Below are positions 38,918 through 48,836 of a DNA stretch of 64,000 nucleotides, in pieces (within the stretch, counting starts at the first letter, position 1; every line of letters begins with the position of its first letter). The DNA comes from an uncultured delta proteobacterium (lineage in GTDB: Bacteria > Desulfobacterota > Binatia > DP-6). Location of the stretch: contig CAWFFN010000012.1 in the NCBI GenBank assembly GCA_963815115.1, positions 608,001 to 672,000 on the forward strand, in the 5' to 3' direction. The notes beneath the pieces are model-generated. The model was not told the DNA's origin. It saw nothing but the letters and a program-made list of their open reading frames with translations, and ran no database searches. The position numbers and the translations under genes are program-made.

Positions 38918-40716
38918 CGGGGGGGCGATCCCTCGGGTGGCCAGGGCAGCGTGCCGGCGAGCTCCCCGGCTCGCTCGCCCGGCACGTCGGGCAGGGGAAG
39001 CGTGCCTGCCGCGCGCCACGAGGCCACCGCCGCCTCGGCTGCCTTCTGGCGCTCGGCATCGATCCCCGCGTCGGCCGCCGTGTACGCGAGCTGCGCCGGG
39101 AACGCGAAGCCGGTGCCGCTCGCCGCGACGACGTCCATGATGCGCAGGAGAAGGTCCTCCTGGATGGCGAGGAACTCGTCGCCGTCGCCGGTCTTCACGA
39201 ACGCGAAGAGCTCGACGTCGAGGGACGATGCGCCGAGGTTGGTCAAGCGGACGCGGGCCGGATCGGGCGACACCTTGGGATGGGACAGGAGGAGCCGTTT
39301 GAGCTCGACGAGCACCCAGCGCAGCTGATCGGGTGTGGTCTCGCGACGCAGCCCGATGGTCGTCGTCATGCGCATGCGGTCGCGCGCCGCGAGATTCTCG
39401 ATCTGCATGGTGGCGAAGTCGGCGTTCGGGATGGTGACGATGGTGCGGTCGAGCGTCCGCACCCGGGTCGAGCGCAGCCCGATGTCCTCGACCGTGCCCT
39501 GCTGGGAGCCGAAGCGGCACATGTCGCCGACTCGCACCGGCTGGTCGGCGATGAGCGACAGCCCGCCGAAGAGATTCTCGAGCGACTTCTGGGCCGCGAG
39601 GGCGACCGCGAGGCCGCCGACGCCGAGCCCGGCGAGGATGCCGGTGGCGTTGAAGCCGAGGTTCTGGAAGACCGCGAGCAGGGCGAGCAGCGCGACGAAC
39701 GCCTTCAGCGCGCGTCGGGCGAGCGGCACGACCGAGATCGCCGCCACCTGACCGCTCGCCACCCAGCGCGCCGTCATGACGCGCGCCATGGCGTCGATCA
39801 GCCGGAGCACCAGCCACGTGAAGGCGAGCGTCAGGAGCGCCTTGGTGAAGCCGACGAAGGCCCACTGGGCGGGCAACGCGAGCCGCAGGGCGTAGATGCC
39901 GGTCAGGACCAGCAACGTCCCCACCGCCAGCCGCACGGGCCCGACGATGAGCTCGGCGAAGACGTCGTCGACGGACGTCCGGGTGCGGCGGGCGATCGCG
40001 CGGATCAGCCGGAGCACCGGCGCGGTCAGCAGCCACGCGAGCGCCACCGAGGCGAGGAGCAGCGCGGCGAGGGCGATCCACTGCCAGAGCTGCACGTCGA
40101 GGAAGCGGACGTCGAAGAACGCTTGCGGCAAGCGCTCGGCGAGCACACCGTCGCCGAACGCGTCCCAGAGTGCGGGGATCTGCTGCACGGTGACCCGCGC
40201 GATCTTCCACTGGCGCGTGCCGCCGGGGCCGGCGACGCGCTCGACCAGGATCTTCACACGATCGCCGCCGGGCATCGTGATCGTGCCGACGAGGTCGCGG
40301 GCGGCCGTCTCGCCGTCGGACGGGTCACCCTCGGGTGCGTTGCTGATCGCGTCGAGGTCGACCCAGAGCTTGCGATCGAGGATGGTCTTCAGCTCTCGCG
40401 CGAGCGCCTGGCCCTCCTCCGGATCGCGCCCGCGCAGGTCGAGGTGCGACGCCGCGGCCTGCCAGTCGCCGCTCCGCCCCGCGTACAGGAAGCCGCGCAT
40501 GGTTGCGCGCGGGGTGTCCAGGCCGACGTCGCTGTCCTCCTCGGGTGGCCCGGGTTGCGAGGTGGTGGTCGTGGATGGCGCCGGCTCCTGCACCTGTCCC
40601 TGCAGGTGTCCTTGCACTTGCGCCGCGGTGCCGGCCGCGCACGCCAGCACGAGGGCGAACGCCAGCGCGGCCGCGTGGCGCTGGCGGTCGGAGGTGCGGG
40701 GTGACTGCGGATGCAT
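38914..40716 (-). CDS. Mechanosensitive channel, MscS family, with periplasmic N-domain
   Basis: TPRATMRGFL, GLGVGGLAVALAAQ, GTVEDIGLRSTRVRT and IPN motifs. Confidence 0.93.
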   Translation of the reverse strand: MHPQSPRTSDRQRHAAALAFALVLACAAGTAAQVQGHLQGQVQEPAPSTTTTSQPGPPEEDSDVGLDTPRATMRGFLYAGRSGDWQAAASHLDLRGRDPEEGQALARELKTILDRKLWVDLDAISNAPEGDPSDGETAARDLVGTITMPGGDRVKILVERVAGPGGTRQWKIARVTVQQIPALWDAFGDGVLAERLPQAFFDVRFLDVQLWQWIALAALLLASVALAWLLTAPVLRLIRAIARRTRTSVDDVFAELIVGPVRLAVGTLLVLTGIYALRLALPAQWAFVGFTKALLTLAFTWLVLRLIDAMARVMTARWVASGQVAAISVVPLARRALKAFVALLALLAVFQNLGFNATGILAGLGVGGLAVALAAQKSLENLFGGLSLIADQPVRVGDMCRFGSQQGTVEDIGLRSTRVRTLDRTIVTIPNADFATMQIENLAARDRMRMTTTIGLRRETTPDQLRWVLVELKRLLLSHPKVSPDPARVRLTNLGASSLDVELFAFVKTGDGDEFLAIQEDLLLRIMDVVAASGTGFAFPAQLAYTAADAGIDAERQKAAEAAVASWRAAGTLPLPDVPGERAGELAGTLPWPPEGSPPR

Positions 40717-40751
40717 GAGGCGACTCCTTCTGCGCGCGACCGGTGGTGCCG

Positions 40752-41459
40752 TCAGGACGGGAAGAGGCGCGCGACGAGCTCCGCCAGCTCGCCGACCGGC
40801 AGCTGGCCCGGGGCGGTCCCTCGCCCCGCGGCGCCGTAGGTCAGCAGCGACCCGGCGGCCGGCAGCACCAGGCGGGAGAGGGGCCCGAGCGGTCCCATGG
40901 CGAGGGTGACGACGCCTCCGGAGCGTGCCGCCAGCGTGACCTCGAGCAGGGTGCGAAGATCGTCCGGCGACGCGGCCTGCGTGGCGAGCTTCGCCAGGTC
41001 GGCGCCCAGGGCACGGGCTCGGTCGACGCGGCTCAGCAGCGTCTCGCGCGCTGGCGTCGCCGTGAAGTCGTGCGCGGACAGGATCACGATGCGGCCCGCC
41101 GCGTGGGCGCGCGTGACCAGCTCGTCCGCGAGCGCCGCGGACGCGATCTCGACGTCGATCGCGTCGACGCGCGGAAGGGCGGCGCGATACAGCTCCGCGC
41201 GCAGGTCCTCGGGCATGGCGCGACCGCCCTCGGCTGCGGCGCGTGCGGTGAACACGATGGGTCGGCCGGCCGCCCGGAGCCGCGCGAGCGCCTCGAGGAT
41301 CCTGTCCGGCGTGGGGTCAGCGAACAGGTCGGCACGCAGCTCGACGAGATCGGCGCAATCGGCCGCGACGAGCGCGTCGAGGTCGGCCTCGCCGGCGGCG
41401 GCGACGACGGCGGGCCGGGCACCGAGGCGCAGCGCCCCGATCACCAGGTCGCGGGCCAT
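40752..41459 (-). CDS. aroD: Type I 3-dehydroquinate dehydratase
   Basis: DLVELRAD, FTAR...EGG, SAHDF..TP, ADLAKLA, MGPLG..SR and APGQ motifs. Confidence 0.92.
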   Translation of the reverse strand: MARDLVIGALRLGARPAVVAAAGEADLDALVAADCADLVELRADLFADPTPDRILEALARLRAAGRPIVFTARAAAEGGRAMPEDLRAELYRAALPRVDAIDVEIASAALADELVTRAHAAGRIVILSAHDFTATPARETLLSRVDRARALGADLAKLATQAASPDDLRTLLEVTLAARSGGVVTLAMGPLGPLSRLVLPAAGSLLTYGAAGRGTAPGQLPVGELAELVARLFPS

Positions 41460-41602
41460 GAGGGGTCGGTATCGTGCGCGATCCGGGGGGTCAAGGTCGC
41501 CGGCAAATCGGCGCCCGCCGGGACTCCGGCGCCGGCTTGCCCGGTGGGCTCGCGACCATGTACTCGGGTATCTCGCTCCGTCACGTGAGGAGGAAGGGCG
41601 CG

Positions 41603-42394
41603 ATGAAGAAGCGGACGAAGACGAGCAAGGCGAAGCGGCCGGCGACGAGGAAGAAGAAGCCCGGAGTCGCGAGGCGGCAAGCCGCGACGAAGCGGAAGAA
41701 GCCGAGGTCCCGGAAGCGGGCGGCCAAGAAGTCCAGAAAACCGACGAAGTCCAGGAAGGCGACGAAGGCGACGAAGGCGAAGAAGCCGTCGGCGCGCGCG
41801 AAGAAGTCCACTACCAGGCCCAAGGCCGCCCGCCGCGCACGTCTGGCCTCGACGGCTCGCAAGCCGCGGAAGCCGGGCGTCGACCGCACGAAGCGCGCCC
41901 TCCGACCGGCGTCCGCCGCCCGCCCGCTGCCGGCGGAGAGACCGCTTCCGCGCGCCCTCGCTGTCCCCGGCGCGTGGGAGCAGCTGGCGCCCCGGGTCGC
42001 CGGTCAGCTCGAGGCACGGGGATGGTCGCGCCCCGACCCTGCCGTGGTGGAGGCGATCGCCGCGGTGGCTGCAGGCTACCGCAAGGGTCCTGCGGCGGAT
42101 TCGCCGTTCCCAACGGCGTTCGATGCCGACACCGCGGTCGCGGACGCGTTCGCCGACTTCTACTGGACCGGCAGCCGGAGTCCCGGGCCGGACCGGCGAT
42201 CGCGCCTGCCCGAGGTACGCGCGATGGCAGATGCTAGCCTGACCCAGCTCGGTCTGGCGCAGACGCCCGCCACGGCGCGCGACACGATCGCCTGGATCGC
42301 TCTCGGTGTGTGGAGACCGGGCCTCGAGGAGATCACCAGGCTGCACGCACTCCCCGGGTTCGCGGTGCCCTGGTACCGCGCCGGCCTGGAGTAG
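41603..42394 (+). CDS. Hypothetical protein with histone H1-like Lys/Arg/Ala N-terminal tail
   Basis: GAGGAGG RBS. About 100 aa of K/R/A/T/S low complexity followed by a Trp-containing globular domain. Confidence 0.8.
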   Translation: MKKRTKTSKAKRPATRKKKPGVARRQAATKRKKPRSRKRAAKKSRKPTKSRKATKATKAKKPSARAKKSTTRPKAARRARLASTARKPRKPGVDRTKRALRPASAARPLPAERPLPRALAVPGAWEQLAPRVAGQLEARGWSRPDPAVVEAIAAVAAGYRKGPAADSPFPTAFDADTAVADAFADFYWTGSRSPGPDRRSRLPEVRAMADASLTQLGLAQTPATARDTIAWIALGVWRPGLEEITRLHALPGFAVPWYRAGLE

Positions 42395-42473
42395 CGAACC
42401 GCATCGACCCGAGCACGACCGGGGTCCACCGAGGTGGCACACCGGTCGTGCCCTGGACTACCATGCTCCGCCC

Positions 42474-43865
42474 ATGGTCGGCATCACGCGCCTCGCCACC
42501 TACCTCCCCCGCCGCCGTCTCGATCGCGCCCTGATCGCCAGGGCGTGGGGCTCCCGTCCCGCGCCCGGCAGCCGGACCGTCGCCGGCGTCGACGAGGATT
42601 CGCTCACCATGGCCGTCGACGCTGCACTGGCTTGCCTGGGCGACGACGAACCCGGCGCGTTCGACGGGCTCCACTTCGCCAGCACGAGCGCGCCGTATCT
42701 CGAGAAGCAGGTCGCGAGCGCGATCGCGACGGCGCTCGACCTGCCGCGCGACGCCAGCGTCGCGGACCTGTGCGGCTCCGCGCGCGCCGGGCTCGCCGCG
42801 CTCCGCCTGGCGTGCGACTCGGTGCGGGCGGACAGTCTCTCCCGCTCGCTCGTCGCCGCCGCCGACGTGCGGCTCGCCGAGCCCGGCTCGGAGCTCGAAG
42901 CGCAGCTCGGCGACGGTGCGGCGTGCGCCGCGGTCGGTCGCGAGGACGTGATCGCGGAGCTGGTGAGCGCGGCCTCGATCGCCGAGGAGTTCACCTATCT
43001 GTGGCGCACCGACGAGCAGCGCTACCTGCAGGTCGCCGACGCCCGCTTCGGCAACCAGTACGGGGTCGCGCGCGACCTCCCCGAGGCGGTCGGTGCAGCG
43101 CTCCGCAAGGCCGAGCTGCCGCCGGCGCGCGTGGCGAAGCTCTGTCTCGCGGCCCCCGACGTACGTGCCGCCGCGGACCTGGCGAAGCGCATCGGCTGCG
43201 ATCCGAAGACGCAGCTCGAGCCCGCCTGTGAAGCGGGCGTCCTCGGTACGCCCGACCCGCTCGTTCTCCTCTCGCACGCGCTGGAGACGGCGGCACCCGG
43301 TGATTTCCTCGTCGTCGCCGCGTACGGCGAGGGCGCCGAGGCGCTGGTCTTCCGTGCCACGGATGCCCTGGCGGCGCGCCGTCCCGAGCCGCTCGCGGAG
43401 CGGCTCGCCAACGGCCTCGCGCTGCCCTCGTACGAACGCTGGCTGCGCGCCCGCGGCGTGCTTCCCGCCGACGTCGCCGGGGAGGCGGTGCCGACCTACA
43501 TCGAGTGGAAGGAGCTCAAGCAGGACGTCCGGCTCTATGCCAGCCGGTGCGAGGCGTGCGGGCTGGTGCAGTACCCGCAGGCGCTCGTCTGCATCGGCTG
43601 CCAGGTGCGCGGCCGCCTCGGCGAGCAGCGCCTGGCGAAGCGTGGCACCGTGTTCACCTTCACCATCGACAACCTCGCGCCGGTGGCGGAGCATCCCATG
43701 CCCATGGCGGTCGTCGATCTCGACGGTGGGGGGCGCATCTACCTCCAGGGCACCGATTGTGCCGAGGGCGACATCGCCGTCGGCAAGCGTGTACAGCTCA
43801 CCTACCGCCGGCTCCACGAGGCGGGCGGGAAGCGCAACTACTTCTGGAAGGTCAGGCCAGCATGA
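42474..43865 (+). CDS. HMG-CoA synthase/KAS III-like fold fused to a DUF35 Zn-ribbon/OB domain
   Basis: DEDSLTMAVDAA, GDGAA and YGEGA motifs; C-terminal CEACG...CIGC, GTVFTFT and YFWK. Confidence 0.88.
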   Translation: MVGITRLATYLPRRRLDRALIARAWGSRPAPGSRTVAGVDEDSLTMAVDAALACLGDDEPGAFDGLHFASTSAPYLEKQVASAIATALDLPRDASVADLCGSARAGLAALRLACDSVRADSLSRSLVAAADVRLAEPGSELEAQLGDGAACAAVGREDVIAELVSAASIAEEFTYLWRTDEQRYLQVADARFGNQYGVARDLPEAVGAALRKAELPPARVAKLCLAAPDVRAAADLAKRIGCDPKTQLEPACEAGVLGTPDPLVLLSHALETAAPGDFLVVAAYGEGAEALVFRATDALAARRPEPLAERLANGLALPSYERWLRARGVLPADVAGEAVPTYIEWKELKQDVRLYASRCEACGLVQYPQALVCIGCQVRGRLGEQRLAKRGTVFTFTIDNLAPVAEHPMPMAVVDLDGGGRIYLQGTDCAEGDIAVGKRVQLTYRRLHEAGGKRNYFWKVRPA

Positions 43866-43919
43866 GCCGCCTGCACACACGTTGGACGCTTCGCTGACCG
43901 GAGCCGCAGGAAAGAGCGC

Positions 43920-45404
43920 ATGGCCGCGATCGATTCGTTGCTGGGCATCGTCGACCTGAAGAAGGCCGACGGCATCGTTCTGGCGACCGACGAGGTGCCC
44001 GCGCTGCTGATCGGTGGCAGCCGCAGTCCGCTCACCATGCCGCCGCTGTCCGCGTCGATGGTGGAAGGGGCGCTGGCCGAGCTGCTGACCCCCGAGCTCA
44101 GGGCGGAGCTCGGCTCCGCGGGACACGTCGAGACCAGCCACGCCAGCGGCAGTCGGGGCACCTTCAACGTCCGGGTTCGCGTGGCCGACGGGAGGGCGAC
44201 GGTCACGCTGGAGAAGGGATACGACACGCGAGGTGCCGCGCTCGGAGCGACCGCCGCGCCGTCTCCCGTCGCGCCGGGCGGCCTCGAGACGTCGGCGGAC
44301 AACGAGCCCATCCCACTCGCGGCGGCGCTCGATCGCGCCCTCGCCCGGCGTGCCTCCGACGTGCTGCTGTCGACGGGCTTACGACCCCGCGTGCGAGTCG
44401 AGGGCGAGTGGGTCGAGGTCGACGCTGCTCCCGTCGTTGCCGCGGCGGATCTCGAGCACGCGTTCGTGTCGCGTCTGGCGGACGAGCGCCGGCGCTCGCT
44501 CGAGCAGACGGGAAGCGTGGACCTGGCGTTCGTGCGCCGGGATCCGCGCACCGGCGAGGACGTTCGCTTCCGGGTGAATCTCTTCCGTCAGTTCGCGGGG
44601 CTGGCCGCGGCCCTGCGCCCGCTGTGGACGATCCTGCCCAGCCTGGCCGACCTGCACCTGCCCGCCGCGCTGCAGCCCATCATGAGCTTGCGTCACGGGC
44701 TCGTGGTGATGACGGGAGCCACCGGCTCGGGCAAGTCCACGACACTCGCGGCCCTGCTCGATCACGTCAATCACACGCGGCCCTGTCACATCGTGACCCT
44801 CGAGGACCCGATCGAGTACCTCTTCCGGCCCGACCGTGCGGTGATTCATCAGCGCGAGATCGGGACGCACGCGAACGGCTTCGCGTCAGGCTTGCGTGCA
44901 GCGCTGCGCGAGAGCCCGGACATCATCCTGGTGGGCGAGATGCGCGACGCCGAGACCATCCGCCTGGCGCTGACCGCGGGCGAGACGGGACACCTCGTGA
45001 TGTCCACGCTCCACAGCGGCACGGCGGCGATGGCCATCGATCGCATCGTCGACGTCTTCGGCGAGGCGGAGAAGAGCGAGGTGCGGCAGCAGCTCGCCGG
45101 TACGCTGCGCCACGTGATCGCGCAGCAGCTCGTCCCCACGCCACAGGGAGATCGCATCCCCGTGCTGGAGATGCTGACGGTGACGCACGCGATCGCGGCG
45201 CAGATCCGCGAGGGCCGTACCCACTTCCTGGCCGCTCAGATGGAGATCGAGGCGGGCGAGCGCATGGTGACGATGGAGCGCGCGCTCGCGGAGCTGGTCC
45301 GCACCGGGCGCCTCGCTCGCCAGTCCGCACTCGAGGCCTCGCAGCGGCGCGACGAGCTGCTCAAGCTGCTGGACGAGCGCGCACCCGGCGCCACCAGGCG
45401 CTGA
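43920..45404 (+). CDS. PilT/PilU-family type IV pilus ATPase with duplicated N-terminal domain
   Basis: RFRVNLF, GATGSGKSTT, TLEDPIE, QREIG, ALRESPDIILVGEMRD and ETGHLVMSTLH motifs. Confidence 0.9.
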   Translation: MAAIDSLLGIVDLKKADGIVLATDEVPALLIGGSRSPLTMPPLSASMVEGALAELLTPELRAELGSAGHVETSHASGSRGTFNVRVRVADGRATVTLEKGYDTRGAALGATAAPSPVAPGGLETSADNEPIPLAAALDRALARRASDVLLSTGLRPRVRVEGEWVEVDAAPVVAAADLEHAFVSRLADERRRSLEQTGSVDLAFVRRDPRTGEDVRFRVNLFRQFAGLAAALRPLWTILPSLADLHLPAALQPIMSLRHGLVVMTGATGSGKSTTLAALLDHVNHTRPCHIVTLEDPIEYLFRPDRAVIHQREIGTHANGFASGLRAALRESPDIILVGEMRDAETIRLALTAGETGHLVMSTLHSGTAAMAIDRIVDVFGEAEKSEVRQQLAGTLRHVIAQQLVPTPQGDRIPVLEMLTVTHAIAAQIREGRTHFLAAQMEIEAGERMVTMERALAELVRTGRLARQSALEASQRRDELLKLLDERAPGATRR

Positions 45405-45448
45405 CGCGGTGGCGTGCGCCTGCCCGGGTGGTCTAGGCTGTCCGCAGC

Positions 45449-46591
45449 ATGAAGGACCGCATCGCCGTCATCGGGGTCGGGTGCACCAAGTTCGGCGAGC
45501 GCTACGACCGGGGCTACGAGGAGCTGATCTGCGACGCCGCGTTCGCGGCCTACGAGGACGCGGGCATCGAGCCGGCGGAGATCGAGGCCGGCTACCTGGG
45601 CACGTACCTGCCTGGACCGGGCGGCGGAAAGTCGGCCACGTCGCTGGCGGATGCGCTCCGCCTGTACGGACGGCCGATCACGCGGGTCGAGAACTACTGC
45701 GCCACCGGCACCGACGCCTTCCGCAACGCCTGCCTCGCCGTGGCCGCGGGCGTGCACGACGTCGTCCTCGTCGTCGGAGCCGAGAAGCTCAAGGACCGCG
45801 GTGGCCGCGGCATCCCGCGCCTGGGACATCCGCTGCTGGCCCGCGGCAACACGGCGCCGGGACTCTTCGCCCTCGCCGCCAACCGCTACATGCACACCTT
45901 CGGCCTCGGCCGCGAGACGATGGCCAGGGTCGCCGTGAAGAACCACGCCAACGGCGCCAGGAACGAGAAGGCGCATCTACGCTCCGAGATCACGGTCGAG
46001 CAGGTCTTGAAGGCGCCGATCATCGCGTGGCCCTTCGGTCTCTTCGACTGCTGCCCGACCACCGACGGCGCCGCCGCGGCCATCGTGTGCCGGCCCGAGG
46101 TGGCGAAGCGGTTCCGGAAGCCTGCCATCCTCGTGAAGGGTGCGGCGCTCGCCGTCGAGACCGGCAAGCCGTACTTCGATCCGACCTTCGACTACCTGGG
46201 ATTCCGCTCGACCCAGAAGGCGGCGCAGGCGGCCTACACCATGGCGGGCATCACGGCGCGCGACATCGACTTCGCCGAGGTGCACGACTGCTTCACCTGG
46301 ACGGAGATCTCGAACACCGAGGATCTCGGCTTCTGCCGCAAGGGCGAGGGCGGGAAGCTCGTCGAGGAGGGCCGCACGGCGCTCGACGGCGACATCCCGA
46401 TCAACCCGAGCGGCGGACTCAAGTCGTTCGGCCATCCCATCGGCGCGAGCGGCGTCCGCATGATCTACGAGGTGGTCACCCAGCTCCGCGGCGAGGCGGG
46501 CGCGCGCCAGGTGAAGAATCCCCGGCTCGGCCTCGCGCACAACGTCGGCGGGCCGGGCGCGGTGTCCTGCGTCGTCGTCCTCGGGAATTAG
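45449..46591 (+). CDS. Thiolase (SCP-x/acetyl-CoA acetyltransferase-like)
   Basis: ENYCATG, DGAAA, EVHDCF, GHPIGASG and HNVGG motifs. Confidence 0.93.
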   Translation: MKDRIAVIGVGCTKFGERYDRGYEELICDAAFAAYEDAGIEPAEIEAGYLGTYLPGPGGGKSATSLADALRLYGRPITRVENYCATGTDAFRNACLAVAAGVHDVVLVVGAEKLKDRGGRGIPRLGHPLLARGNTAPGLFALAANRYMHTFGLGRETMARVAVKNHANGARNEKAHLRSEITVEQVLKAPIIAWPFGLFDCCPTTDGAAAAIVCRPEVAKRFRKPAILVKGAALAVETGKPYFDPTFDYLGFRSTQKAAQAAYTMAGITARDIDFAEVHDCFTWTEISNTEDLGFCRKGEGGKLVEEGRTALDGDIPINPSGGLKSFGHPIGASGVRMIYEVVTQLRGEAGARQVKNPRLGLAHNVGGPGAVSCVVVLGN

Positions 46592-46886
46592 GAGCGACCC
46601 GAGACTTCGTCTCGGGTCGAGACGGAGGGCGGGGACGAGACTCCATGAACAGTGCGGACGTCGTGCCGCGGCCGGCGTAGCCGGCGCGGCAAACGTTCCG
46701 GAGTCGAGACTCTGGAGCTGAGAACGGCATGCCTGTGGGCCGGTCAGGACGGATTGGGACGGAGCCCTGGGCATGCCACGTTTTGCCGCGCCGGCTTTGC
46801 CGGCCGCGGCACGGCGTCCGCTCGATTCGCCGAACGCCACACGCTCGCCTCCGCTCTCGACCCGAGACGCAGTCTCGGGTCGCGCG
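46589..46886. mobile_element. Non-autonomous palindromic element, copy 2 (inverted relative to copy 1)
   Basis: Terminal hairpins at 46595..46619 and 46858..46882. The internal sequence matches the reverse complement of 10802..11106 over long stretches. It lies between convergent stop codons. Confidence 0.75.
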
Positions 46887-47342
46887 TTATCGCCGGATCG
46901 ACATCACGAAGATGACGGCCAGCAGCAGGATCATCACGGCGATGAAGAATCCCGAGAAAGTGCGGAAGGCCGACACGTTGGCGTTGACGCCGCCGATGTC
47001 GCCCTTGAGCTCGTCGAGCTGCTGGCGCAGGCTCGAGGTCTCGACGTAGAGACCCTTCACCTCCTCGCGCAGCTTCTGCACCTCTTCGTCTCGCGCGCTG
47101 TTCTGATCCTTCAGCTCGCTGACCAGCCCGGGGACGGCGTCGATCCCCTCCTTCACGTGCCAGAGCTGCTCGCCGGCCCACTTCTGCGCCTCGGCGAGCT
47201 GGCGCAGCAGGTCGTCGGTGGCCGCGCGTGCCGCGGTCGCGTTCGCGGCAGCGGCGCTCGCGCCGGCCTTCTGCTGGGCGTGGGCCGCGCCGACGAGCAG
47301 ACACACGAGGGCCGCGATGAGGACCGTGCCGCGTCGATTCAT
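46887..47342 (-). CDS. Exported coiled-coil protein with C-terminal membrane anchor
   Basis: Signal peptide ending AHA|Q, heptad-rich middle and C-terminal TM followed by RR. Confidence 0.8.
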   Translation of the reverse strand: MNRRGTVLIAALVCLLVGAAHAQQKAGASAAAANATAARAATDDLLRQLAEAQKWAGEQLWHVKEGIDAVPGLVSELKDQNSARDEEVQKLREEVKGLYVETSSLRQQLDELKGDIGGVNANVSAFRTFSGFFIAVMILLLAVIFVMSIRR

Positions 47343-47401
47343 CAGCCGGCCACTCTTATGCGCCAGCCGCGGAGACCGTCAAGCCATCACGGGCGCAGCC
47401 A

Positions 47402-48697
47402 TCACGGGCGCAGTCGCTCCAGCATGCGCGGGAAGGGAATCGTCTCGCGCACGTGGTGCAGGCCGCACAGCCAGGCGACGCAGCGTTCGATGCCCATGCC
47501 GAAGCCGGCGTGCGGAACCGAGCCGAAGCGGCGGAGGTCGAGATACCACGCGAACGCCTCGCGCGGCAGGGCGTGCTCGCCGACGCGCGCTTCGAGGGTT
47601 GCCAGGTCGTCCTCGCGCTGGCCGCCGCCGATGATCTCGCCGTAGCCCTCGGGGGCGAGCACGTCCACGCACAGCGCGAGGCGGGGATCGGCCGGGTCGG
47701 CCTTCATGTAGAACGCCTTGGTGGCGAGCGGATAGCGGTGGACCATCACGGGGCGGTCGAAGGACTTCGACAGCGCCGTCTCCGCCTCGGCGCCGAGGTC
47801 GTCGCCCCACGCGATCTCCACTCCCTGCTGCCGCAGGCGCTCGATCGCCTCGCTGTAGGTGATGCGGGGAAACGGCTTCTGGATGCGCTCGAGAAGGGCC
47901 AGGTCGCGCTCGAGCGTGCGCAGCTCCGGGGCGCGGCGCTCGAGCACGCGTCCGACGACGTGCGCGAGGAAGTCCTCCGCGAGGTCCATGTCCTCGTCGA
48001 GCCCGGCGAACGCCATCTCGGGCTCCACCATCCAGAACTCGGTGAGGTGTCGCCGGGTCTTCGACTTCTCGGCGCGAAACGTCGGCCCGAAGACGTACAC
48101 CTTGCCGAACGCCAGCGCGCCGGCTTCCGCGTAGAGCTGCCCGCTCTGGGTCAGGTAGGCGGTGTCGCCGAAGTACTCGACCGGGAACAACGTCGTCGTT
48201 CCCTCGCAGGCGGCGGGAGTGAGGATGGGCGCGTCGAAGCCGAGGAAGCCGTGGCCGTCCAGGTAGTCGCGCGCGGCACGTACCACCTCGGCGCGGATGC
48301 GGAGCACGGCGTGCTGGCGGCCCGAGCGCAGCCACAGATGGCGGTGCTCGAGCAGGAAGGCGGTGCCGTGGTCCTTGGGAGCGATGGGATACTCGTCGAC
48401 CGGGACGTGCAGCACGCGCAGGTCGGAGACGCCGACCTCGACGCCGAGAGGTGCCCGGGCATCGGCGCGCACCGCGCCCGTCACCTCGAGCGACGTCTCC
48501 TGCGGCAGGTGATCGGCGCGCGTGAAGACCTCGGCCGCGACGTCGTTCTTCCCCATCACGCACTGCACGGTGCCCGTGCCGTCGCGCACCTGGAGGAAGT
48601 GGACCTTCCCGCTCGACCGCCGCGATGCCAGCCAGCCGCGCAGCGTGACCGTCTCGCCTACGTGTGCGCCGAGGCCGTCGATCGTCACCACCGGCAT
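47402..48697 (-). CDS. asnS: Asparagine--tRNA ligase
   Basis: OB-fold [58 protein letters not shown] and GFGMGIER motifs. Confidence 0.96.
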   Translation of the reverse strand: MPVVTIDGLGAHVGETVTLRGWLASRRSSGKVHFLQVRDGTGTVQCVMGKNDVAAEVFTRADHLPQETSLEVTGAVRADARAPLGVEVGVSDLRVLHVPVDEYPIAPKDHGTAFLLEHRHLWLRSGRQHAVLRIRAEVVRAARDYLDGHGFLGFDAPILTPAACEGTTTLFPVEYFGDTAYLTQSGQLYAEAGALAFGKVYVFGPTFRAEKSKTRRHLTEFWMVEPEMAFAGLDEDMDLAEDFLAHVVGRVLERRAPELRTLERDLALLERIQKPFPRITYSEAIERLRQQGVEIAWGDDLGAEAETALSKSFDRPVMVHRYPLATKAFYMKADPADPRLALCVDVLAPEGYGEIIGGGQREDDLATLEARVGEHALPREAFAWYLDLRRFGSVPHAGFGMGIERCVAWLCGLHHVRETIPFPRMLERLRP

Positions 48698-48780
48698 GCG
48701 CCCCTCTAACCTCGGCGAGCTGCAAAGTCACGCCGGTGAGGAACGATCGGCACGCGCGTCACGACCGTCTCGTCGAAAGC

Positions 48781-48814
48781 CGACGGGCCGGCGGGTTTCC
48801 CCGCCGGCCCGTCG
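48781..48814 (-). terminator. Intrinsic terminator after amtB
   Basis: Perfect 15-bp stem with GAAA loop on the minus strand, followed by GCTTTC, 22 nt after the amtB stop. Confidence 0.75.
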
Positions 48815-48836
48815 CCGCGCTCGGAACCGTTCCTCG

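Noticed and set aside
42434-42451. TGGCAC motif upstream of the HMGS-DUF35 gene (and a similar one near 56900) as a sigma54 promoter
   Set aside because: The GG-to-GC spacing is wrong (N11) or the -12 GC is absent.
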